DNA from: Octopus bimaculoides
Taxonomy: Eukaryota
DNA length: 64,000 bases
Assembly: GCF_001194135.2 (NCBI RefSeq)
Contig: NC_068987.1
Location: 1,338,631 to 1,402,630 of the forward strand
Reading direction: 5' to 3'
The notes under the pieces were generated by a model. It worked only from the letters and a program-made list of their open reading frames with translations. It was not told the origin of the DNA and searched no databases. Positions 52,983 through 64,000 of the stretch are shown one piece after another (within the stretch, counting starts at the first letter, position 1; the number at the start of each line of letters is the position of its first letter). The position numbers were made by a program, and so were the translations under genes.

Positions 52983-53335
52983 NNNNNNNNNNNNNNNNNN
53001 NNNNNNNNNNNNNNNNNNNNNNNNNNNNNNNNNNNNNNNNNNNNNNNNNNNNNNNNNNNNNNNNNNNNNNNNNNNNNNNNNNNNNNNNNNNNNNNNNNNN
53101 NNNNNNNNNNNNNNNNNNNNNNNNNNNNNNNNNNNNNNNNNNNNNNNNNNNNNNNNNNNNNNNNNNNNNNNNNNNNNNNNNNNNNNNNNNNNNNNNNNNN
53201 NNNNNNNNNNNNNNNNNNNNNNNNNNNNNNNNNNNNNNNNNNNNNNNNNNNNNNNNNNNNNNNNNNNNNNNNNNNNNNNNNNNNNNNNNNNNNNNNNNNN
53301 NNNNNNNNNNNNNNNNNNNNNNNNNNNNNNNNNNN

Positions 53336-53416
<81 letters not shown>

Positions 53417-53825
53417 CGTGTGTAAAATTTAATCTATATCACATACATCGGAAATACTTCTGACAATCTCCACCATTTAATTCTCACCTTTCTTCAGGTT
53501 GTTTATTTCTTAATAATGGATTTTTTTTGTTTTTCTTCTTTTTTGCAATGATTTTCGCTTTGAAAACTTCTAAACTTCTCAGAAGAGCGGCCATATTTAT
53601 TTTGGGAATTAAGACAGGAGGCGCCTCGCTTATCACTTTAAGTAACTCAACGTTGCTTTCATTGATTTCGTATTGTTTGTGTTTTGGACAGTTCTTGAGA
53701 AATTGTTAGTTTTTTAAACGAATCCCCGCCTTTTTTCTCTGTATGATATATGTATGTATATTTGTGTATACATATATGCACACATACATACCTATGAGCA
53801 TACATATGTAAATTCATACAAACAC

Positions 53826-53877
<52 letters not shown>

Positions 53878-54806
53878 GTATATATATACATACTAACAGG
53901 AGGTTCTTTTTTTTAATTACAAAGTGAGTGGGGGGGCGATGTTGTGTTAAAATATACATCTGAGTGTTTTGTGTATTTATGTGTTTAAGTGTGTGTGTGT
54001 GTGTGTGTGGGGGTGCGCGTAAACTAAGTGGGCAGTTTTGTGTGTTCTCAGTGTACACAGGTGTGTGTGTGTGTGCGTGCGTGCACCATCTTGCCATCTT
54101 TGTGAAAACAGATGTCAATATATTTCTTGTTTTTTTTTTTCTGTGCGTGTGTATTTGTGTGACTGTATATGTGTGCATACGTGCACGTGTATATATTTTC
54201 TAACGTTTATTTATTTATTTATTTATACTCTAAAAACCTCTCTCTCTCCGACCTGACTGCCTGTGTGCCTGTACGTTGCACCACCAAAGAGTTTGGAGGG
54301 AGTACCTTTCATTCCTCACTCCTACAGAACAACAGCCTGAAGGGAATATTTTACAGTCATTTCCCTAATAAATCTAAAAAAGCTTAAGTAAAAAATTCTA
54401 AAAATAAAACATAAATATAAAAAAATAAACCAAACAACTGACTCTGCTGTTGATTTGTCGATAGTTTTCACACACTTAAAGCGATTGGAACAATAGAAGT
54501 CAGGGGGAGGGAATGGTAAAGAAAGGCTGGAATGGTAGGCTAATAGAAGGATATCCTCCCCCTCTTCCTCTCTCCCTCCCTGTCACTGGGATTTTTGTTA
54601 AAAGATATTCTATCAAATAATATTATTTTTATGGTTGAAGGGGGACGAGGGAAACGGACGTAAGACTCATTGACAACGACTGAAAAGAGATGAACTAGAA
54701 AAGAAAGACAACAGCAGCAGCAACAACAACAACAATAATAACGGATGCTACTATTATTCCTAGTACTACTACGACTGCTGGGGCTGGGGCTGCGGCTACT
54801 ACTGCG

Positions 54807-54847
<41 letters not shown>

Positions 54848-54979
54848 AAACAAACAACGTTTTCTGTTGAATGGAGAGTTAATCTGTGCGAAATATCTGG
54901 GTATTGTATTTAAAACGTCCCACTTCAATGACAAGATGGCGCTGCTGGCGGATATAGTGGGAAGAGATAATAGCAACAG

Positions 54980-55012
<33 letters not shown>

Positions 55013-55610
55013 CACTCTCGTCTTCATCATCATCATCATCATCGTGGACGTTGTCGTCGTCACGAACAATACTATTCATCACAATCATCAATATCATTGA
55101 TCAACATCATCATCATCATCAGAAGATGATTGAAAAAGAATAACAGATTTTGTCAGGGCAAGAAGTGTGTGTGGAGGCGGGGCGAGGGTTTAGAGAAAAT
55201 CTAAATATTAGAGAAAAAGAATCTGGGCAAAGTATTTGTGGAATATGTAAAGAATATACGTGACCTTACAGCTTATGTAGAGATCAATGATTTAGTGAAG
55301 TCATTGATTATTAACAGCGCTACTTGCTGGAAAAATCACGTTGTCTTAGAGTGCTGGAGAAAAGGGTTTAAATTAAAGGCCATATTGAGTTTCTATGTGA
55401 CCACAGTGGGTTCCATTGCAAAACCGATTCACAATGAAATAGAATTGGAATTGAAACTTCACCAATCTTAGAAGCTTTATGGTTTCTTTAATGGAGAAAT
55501 AGAGAGAAAAATGTTAACTCTATATTCCTTCCTCATTAAAATCTTTCTTTCTCCTTGACTCATTCATAATATCTGGATCTAGTTCTATGTTTCTCTTTCT
55601 CTCTCTCCCG

Positions 55611-55643
<33 letters not shown>

Positions 55644-55875
55644 CCGCTCTTTCTTTCTCTCTCTCTCACATGCTCTTTCCGTTATTATATACGTTTGTGC
55701 ATGGGTGTGTAGTGTGTGTGTGAGGGAGAGAGGAGAGACCCTGTGTGCACGTGGGTGTGTGTGTCTGTGAGACGCTGTGTGTGCCTCTGTACAAATGTAC
55801 GTACGTATATATATATACAGACATATATGTATGTATCTATATATATATACATATATATAGATAGATATATAAACC

Positions 55876-55930
<55 letters not shown>

Positions 55931-56499
55931 GAGAGTGAGGGGGAAAGAAACAATGAGAGAGAGAGAGAGAGAGACGAAGATCAATGAAAAATTAATATAT
56001 TTAGGAGTATAATCTATATACTCTATATTTGTCATGGAAATTGAAAAGTCGGTAAGTTTATGTTGGGTCTTCATTGATATAGAATTGTAAAAGAAAGCCA
56101 GGTTATTGAACTACAGGAACAGTAAAGGCTTTGCGTTTATAAATTTTCGCAGTTTGGTTTACATGCGTGTGTGTGTGTGTAATATAGCACTGATCCAGGA
56201 AAGGATAAGATTATAGAAGTCTAATGAACATTAAGTAAAACACTGATAGCATAAAAATGTTTGGGTGCAGTCGTGAGGCCCCAAAGTACTGTTTATGTGA
56301 AACGGTGGAAAATGTCGTAGCTTGAGTCAATTATTCTATGACTATGAATACTAGATTGATGCACAGTTATATACAAACATTAATGGTTATATATTTTGTA
56401 TGGTACAAACACATACAAATATCTTTCTATGTACGTATATAGCTTTGAAAAACAACTTAGAAGCTCGGGTAAATACCGTTATAAGAAGGAATGACGCAG

Positions 56500-57710
56500 C
56501 CAGGAAGCCACTGTAGTGGATCGATCCCTGAGTGCTCTGAACCATTAAGTGACCCCTGGATAACAGATATAAAAATGTTCTCGCATTCAAAGGGCTATTA
56601 TTTAGCATTACAAAAGACGGTAACTGATGTGAGACGTAGCTTAGGTCGATGGTATGTAACAAATCTCGTTCCAAGGGGAAATACAAAGCTCTCGATAGTC
56701 AAATTGTCGATGAAATATCAAAAGAGAAGTCATCACGAAATAGAAATAAAGGAAATAATCTCATCAATGTAACATGCTTCAAAACATGTGGCAATAAAAA
56801 CAGTTGTCCTGCAGTGAATCTAAGATGAACTACGGTAAAAAAAAAACTCTTTACAAATACAGAACACAAAGAAACCCTTTAAAACGCGAGAAAAACAAGC
56901 AAAACAATTATTCCTTTGATCAGAACATTCGGTGAAGTAAAACTTGTTAGAAAGCATTTTCAAGATCTCCAGAAAGATTCTATGTAAGGAACGAGGCAAG
57001 GAGATGCTCCGGTTTCAGAAATAAAGCCAGATTAATTTTCCTGAATTATTAAAGATGGTACTAGAAAATAGAAAGAAGATACTCAATACCTGAAACGGTA
57101 AAGAAAACACAAGAAAACAGGGGAAACAGGAGGACCAAAGGACAGAGTTCATTAGGCAAAGCTCAACAATAATAATAAAAAAAATATAGAAGAATCTATT
57201 TTTCTGAATGTCGAGAAAGAAAACAATCTACAAGAGGAAACATTTGTGAAACAACCGAACGAATCAATAATTTATCGAAAGGAGATTTGGATAATGAGGA
57301 ATTGGCGAAAGGACTTAAATTCATTCCCGAACCAACAGTCAACCACCAGGTATTTGGAAGAGAGTATTCAAAGATCTTTCGTAGCACACGACGCGTTGAG
57401 CATTTTACCAATAAAAAATAGTGGAATGAATTCACGAAGCCAAACGGACGAAATACTCATCCGGGCCAATATTGGTATGCTTTCCAAATTCTCACTGAGG
57501 CATAATACTAGTGTCAGACCAAATATTACCCAAATCAGAGAAGTCTGCACTTAAACGTTTCCGAAACGATAACACAGTGACACATACAAACAGATAAATG
57601 TGGTGCATTGTTATAGTGGATGTCGAATATTACCGGAATTTGGTTGAAGACAAATTGAAGGAAACAGCATTTTATTGTGAAATACTTTGAAATAACCTTT
57701 AAATATAGAT
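56500..57710 (+). mobile_element. Penelope-like element, N-terminal/pre-RT region, decayed
   Basis: 57266-57700 translates across frameshifts as NNLSKGDLDNEELAKGLKFIPEPT...FRSTRRVEHF and EKSALKRFRNDNTVT/IQTDKCGA/IVIVDVEYYRNLVEDKLKETAFYCEI. These match the NLS...L.KGLKF.P and K.ADKGG.VV+MD motifs of Penelope ORFs. The upstream boundary is approximate. Confidence 0.75.
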
Positions 57711-58191
57711 CACCATATCATGAAGATCGGTAACCTGGTTCAAAGCACTCTAACTTTCGTACAACCAATGAAAGTGACTGCTTTACCAGTTTTGCAGCAA
57801 AACCCCGTAACTGGGTGAAACTGGAAGAAATCTCCACGTTCTCTCTTATTCTCCTGTCGGAAAACAACGAAACGCAGCTTGGTGTTGAATCCCCAAATGC
57901 ACTGACACTACAGGATTTTTCTTTCAGTGTATCGGCAATGACACCCAAATAGCGATTATCTCACTAGTCATATACTGCAGAAGAACAATTCAAAACTTTT
58001 AGAACCTGCCACAGATGTTACATAACCTCCACACATAAACACACAATACTGTCTTTGCTCTCCTTACTAGGGAACAGAGTACATCACTCCGAGAATGGAT
58101 ATGTGTGTGTGTGTATTTGTATGAATATAGATTAAATCCATTCACAGATATTCTTTATCCATATATTTGTACGTGTGTAAATGATATGTGG

Positions 58192-58288
<97 letters not shown>

Positions 58289-59509
58289 CGTGTATGTGTG
58301 TGTGTCCAAATACTTATATACACACGCAAGCATGTATATATATTTAAATACACATGTATATAGATTCACACTCGGGCATACAGATACACGTACATACATC
58401 TTATACATATATACAATTACATGCATACGCACAGATGTGTATATATATATATATATATATATACATGTAATATATGTGTGAATGTATGTATGTTTGTATG
58501 TACGTATAACAGTGTTTCGCGTATTTTCATTTAACGACAATGAGATTGTGTAACATTAATGTGTTCTCTAATGACCTGACGGCAGTATAAATTTTATATT
58601 CCTGTCCCGTTAAACTAAATCTCTGACTTTCAACAAATTGTCGCTCGGAAAATTATTTCTGAAATGAGAAAATTATTTCCTATAAATCCACAGATCTCCA
58701 GTAAATGTTATTGTGCAATAAACCAATTTGTAAACGATCGTAATAATAATAATAATAATAATAATAATAGCAATGATAATAATAATAATAATAATAAAGC
58801 GATGTGTCTACAGTATAATGAAATGAATTGTTGAATGTCTTATTGCTTCTGAGAAACAACAAATGCGTGTAATGGCGGACAATTCTTTCGCTTGCCAGAA
58901 ACATTTACTCCGATGGAGGGGAAGAGTTTTCAATTTTATTTTTGCATATACGATTCTAGATTTATGTTTTTGAATTTTCTATTTATTACTAACATATATC
59001 ATATGTATCTACTTCTAATATCGATATTCTTGTTGTTGTTGTTGTTTCTGTTCAGCCCTAGGCCAGCTTTGATTAGACGTATGAACAAACGTGTTTATGA
59101 TTCAACTTACTTTCTTTCCAAAGAATTGTTGCAGAACATCATTATTTAATGTTTTTCTTCTTTTATTAAGACAGCAAGGTGTCATACGAAAATGGTGATT
59201 TAACAGAATGGCTAGAGTGCCATCGTACAAAAACACCTTGCGGTGCTTGTTTCCCCTCTTCATATTCTGAATTCAAATCTCACCATTATCAATTTTGCCC
59301 TTCATACTTCATCAATAAAGTTATATTCTAGTCCAGGACACTAGATTTCCGAAGTGTTTAGGGCGGTTTTCTTTTTTGTTTTGTTTTTTTTGTTTCTTTT
59401 TTTGCTTTCCGTCTAAATCTATGCAGTTATTGCGAATTCCTCTATATTTAATTTCCAAAACGATTTTATTATAAAAGATATCGAAAGAATATCATCATTG
59501 TGACCAGAG

Positions 59510-59712
59510 TCGAAAATTCCTCTCACAGTCTCTCTACAATCTACCATTTTTCATTGGTCGTGGCGGCTGTTCCTCATTGGGGTTGCCATCGTCTTAGAGT
59601 TGGTCGATGAATGTTTGAGCAGGTCTTCCACAGTAGCATCTCCCGTGAGTTGGTTCCCACAGTAATTCCCCGTGTATAACTTCTTGCTTAAATCTCCAGC
59701 AATGTCCTGCGT
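59510..59712 (-). mobile_element. RTE-clade LINE 3' fragment
   Basis: GHCWRFKQEVIHGELLWEPTHGRCYCGRPAQTFIDQL*DDG, the typical RTE C-terminal LLW.P.HG...GRP..T+IDQL motif. Confidence 0.8.
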
Positions 59713-59736
59713 ATATATTGTTTATACTTTTATTTA

Positions 59737-59774
<38 letters not shown>

Positions 59775-59869
59775 TATATTCTATTATATAGTTCTTGTTT
59801 ATGTCCTCTGGCTTAACAGTAATTCAAACTGATGGACAACGACAAACTATTGTGCTTCCAGGACGGATA

Positions 59870-59995
59870 TTATTTTCTACTCTAGGCACAAGGCCAGAAA
59901 TTTGGCGGGAGGGGGGAGTCGATTAGATCATCCCCAGTACGCAACTGGTACTTAATTTATCGACCCCAAAATGATGAAAGGCAAAGTCAACCTCC
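59870..59995 (-). mobile_element. SINE family A 3' half
   Basis: 'ctaggcacaaggcc.gaaattt...gagtcgattagatc.ccccagtacgcaactggtacttaatttatcgacccc.aaa.gatgaaaggcaaagtcaacctc'. Confidence 0.88.
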
Positions 59996-60072
59996 ATATA
60001 TATATATATATACACACAACTCTGGACTGTTTGTGAGTATTGTTTATGTTAGCAATCTCTATATAAAGCAGT

Positions 60073-60115
<43 letters not shown>

Positions 60116-60125
60116 NNNNNNNNNN

Positions 60126-60165
<40 letters not shown>

Positions 60166-62084
60166 CATATAAGTATTGATATGAAAATATAAACTATATA
60201 TACAGTATATAAGGTCATATGTGAACATACATACATACATACATACATGTTTTCGCCTTCCCAGCAATATACAGATGATGATAAATAGCCACACGTCCCC
60301 GTTTCCAAACTCAGACAACTGTTACTCTCTTAGATATTTCTGAAAGCGAGGGCGTGAGTGACATTTGCTGTCAGGCATAGCCAGCATTGAACTGGTTTAT
60401 GTCCACAATAATTCAACTGACTTTTAGTGACAAGGTCCTGGAGGTGTAGGATCTTGAAAAGTATGTTAAAAGACTTCCAGAATTTTAACTCCAATACACC
60501 TTCGTCTGTTCACGACGGCGGAAATGCTGTTTTATTTCTATATTTCTTTCACTGTATTTATCCAACCAGATTGCTTGAAACAATAATTTTAAAAAAGCAT
60601 CCTCATTTAATTTCTACAAATTGCGACGATATTGGTATTGTTGACCAGACAAACACGGATGTTGCGAAAATAATACCTTTCGTGAAATCGTTAACGATAT
60701 TGTGAAATAGGCCAGGCTGGTGGTTGTCGTCTCACTTGACAATAATATTAGATTTGGGGTGGCCGTCATACGGAAATGTGTGGTGGTCATCAGATATGAA
60801 ATAATCATTTGTGATATTGGAACAATAAGATCTCGCCATTTATTAGCAGAGGCTACAGTTGATGTAAGCACTTCTTAACTGGGAATGGTAGATGATATCT
60901 TAAGCGTCAAGCGAATGAGAGTGAGGGAAGAGGGGAGAGAAAAAGGGTGGGAGGGAGAGAGAGAGAGGAGAACGAGAGAAAGAGAGAAAAGGGAGAGAGA
61001 GAGTGTCTGTATTGTTGGTTGAATTGTGGAGAAATAAATGGCAAAGGAATTAAAGGAACGGTGCGTGATGTGATGCAAGGAGTGCCAAGTAAAGGGAAAG
61101 GCCAACAAAAGGAAAGTCGACATACTTCATACAACGTTATTGCTAAACATGGCTGAGTTTATGTTAATAATATTGAAAGACAAAACAATTACTGAATGAT
61201 ATTTGATATTTAATTCGCCTCGTTGTTAATTCTACCTGCTACATTATACTTTGTCCAGGCAAATATCGATGTCTGACATAAACACAACGTCTGCAATGAA
61301 GGGGTTAAATATATACGATTAGATCGATCCTATTCTCAAATGGTAGTCAACCTACGTAAGATGAAATATGTAATCAATGTCTACAAGATTCGAACTTGTA
61401 ACGTGTATTAAAGCAATTTCTTCGTAATGATGGAATAAGATGAGAAAAAGAAATGGCGCTGATATCGGAAATGTGAGGAACTGCAAATCTTTTTAGCCAC
61501 AGTGCATTACTGGTATTTGTTTTATCGAATATGGAAAAATTTAAAGACAAAGTCAGTTTTGTTGTGAATGGTTCTCAGAAGGTATGAGGATGAAACTGAA
61601 TACCACAAGGTATTTCTTCCATCTCCACCGACGCCTTATTGAATCAACTTCTCCACTGCTCTTGTCTTTAAGTATTGATTGATAGTAAAATGGAGACGGG
61701 GCCATATATTTTAAGAGGCAATCCATAAAACCCATCCCTCTATTTCAGTGATGCTTTATTTCATTGACCTTTCGAAGGATAACAGCATATAGATGCCCTC
61801 AGCAGGATTTGAACTCTGTATATACAAGTACATAGGTAAAGACCGCAAGGTATTCCTTGCGATACTCTTCTTATAATTCTATCTCATCTTATCGTTGTAA
61901 ATCTCAACCAAAAACTATGTCTTGAATGGAACAGAAGACTAGTGAGAAATCCCATGGCGATCCCATAAGAGAAATGAGGATAATTCCAAACGTGGAGATC
62001 GGAAAAGTTCAAAAATCACGTGGGCAAAATACTGAGAGGGACTTTATAACAGTGAAACGGAGAATTTCTCCCATACGCTCATAT

Positions 62085-62124
<40 letters not shown>

Positions 62125-62676
62125 ACTTTTTCTACCCCCCCTCTCTCTCTAGCTCTTTCCCTCCCTTGCTAAGTCACGATATAAACATATACAAAAGCAT
62201 ACAGGATCACAAACTAATGCGCACAGACACACACACGTATGCCTACACAAACACGCGCAGAAAGACCAAAGCACACACAGAGATCGACACACAGACGCAC
62301 ATGAACATATATATATAAACAGAGAGATTTACCTGGTTATATTTATCGATGGATTACTGAACACAGCACTTCCACTCTTTATTTAACGCATCTTACCTTA
62401 TCTTCGGAGATTTTCTTCCCAATAGGAATTTGGCGTGCTGCTTTGTCTTAGATTAGTTTCAAACGATGTGTGTTGCAAATTAATTCCTATTTATGACATT
62501 CAGTGCAATCATGCAATATTAATCCAACAGTTGCACACACCGGTGCAAGGCGAGATAGGAAAATAAAAAAAAACTGTTTATATTTGCTGAAAATGACACG
62601 TCAAAAGCTGTAAATATGTCCAATGAAAATGCCGCCGTGAACACCAACGACTGGCAACAACAAGTACAACGGATCT

Positions 62677-62705
62677 TAATAATAATAATAATAATAATAG
62701 TAATG

Positions 62706-62750
<45 letters not shown>

Positions 62751-62880
62751 GTAATGATAATAATAATAATAATAATAATAGTAATGATAATAATAATAAT
62801 AATAATAATAATAGTAATGATAATAATAATAATAATGATAATGATAGTAATGATAATAATGATGATAATAATAATGAGGA
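62677..62880. repeat. Compound (AAT)n with periodic AGTAATGAT interruptions (higher-order repeat)
   Basis: 'ataataatagtaatgat' recurs at intervals of about 30-50 bp. Confidence 0.85.
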
Positions 62881-62977
62881 GTAGGAGTGGAGGAAGGTGG
62901 AAAATGAGATGTGATGATGATTAGGAAGAGGGGATCATAGTGACAATGTTGAAAATAATAATAACAACAACCACCAC

Positions 62978-63008
<31 letters not shown>

Positions 63009-63678
63009 GAGCAGAAAGTAAGATGCTAGGAAGTTATTATTATTTATATTTGTAAGTTTTCTGTGAGATTTTTGAAGACAATTAGGACAGCGAATAAGAA
63101 ATACAACTTATTTGGATTTGATCAGAGGAAACAAAAGAAAGCGAAACTGTAAATAAATGGAAAACGTTGCTTAAGATGATTACTCACCGATTCTGTAAGA
63201 AACTATTTGAAGTTTATTACATCAGGCTCAAGCAACACCTCGATAAAATCTGGCAGGTTTCGTTGTTCTTTCTACCTGGAATGATTGGTGAACGAGGCTT
63301 TATTACCGGCGTGGCACAAATGGTTTCTAACAACCTGCAAAAAACCCTATTTCCGATGTGTTTTAAAGATTGTTTGATGTGCTTCTGTTGCTATTTTGTA
63401 ATGCCAAGCCTACCCTGCTCCTACAGGTCATTTAACAAGAGCATACCAGCCATCTAGTGTTCAACTGAAGGATGGGTCAACGGTAACATCCATCACCTCG
63501 GGACGTGAGAGAGAATAGGAAAACACCACGAGGCATAATGTTCAGTGTTATATTCCCAAACTGGTACTTACGTTATAAGCCCCCAAAACAGTGAAAGATA
63601 AAGATGATTTTGATTACACTTAGACACAAGTAATCCAGGATAATCACACACACACTCACCCACACATACACACACACA

Positions 63679-63967
<289 letters not shown>

Positions 63968-64000
63968 CATATATGTATAGATAGATAGACACGTTTTCCA

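Noticed and set aside
57715-57950. Possible inverted continuation of the Penelope RT (76-aa minus ORF)
   Set aside because: The similarity to the RPIVS...ISSFVD motif is too loose to call.
63167-63457. 96-aa plus-strand ORF; an alternative frame faintly resembles the UNG KPYF motif
   Set aside because: It starts at TTG, no domain is recognisable, and the resemblance is only 4 residues.

Overview
Eukaryotic, AT-rich, microsatellite-dense draft scaffold with many N gaps (e.g. 5711-6076, 13105-13696, 15130-15876, 18948-19537, 36856-37187, 50218-50805, 52983-53335). The recurring tRNA-derived SINEs, R4/Dong, RTE, CR1 and Penelope remnants and the (TA)n/(CA)n density look like an Octopus-type cephalopod genome; this is recognition from memory, not a database result. 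No intact, recognisable host protein-coding gene was found. Nearly all ORFs in the track are microsatellite or N-gap artefacts, or transposon debris. Supportable content: tandem R4/Dong LINE fragments at (TAA)n tracts, an internally deleted mariner with long TIRs, a hAT-type transposase interrupted by (TTAGGG)7, Penelope RT N-terminus, RTE and CR1 fragments, about 15 SINE copies and several foldback elements. The most interesting signal is a set of minimal type I hammerhead-ribozyme motifs. One lies inside a tRNA-headed SINE bracketed by 32-bp inverted tail copies (38991-39269), and one lies in a 176-bp retrozyme-like unit (32055-32241). Weak exon-like signals hint at an unidentified minus-strand gene.
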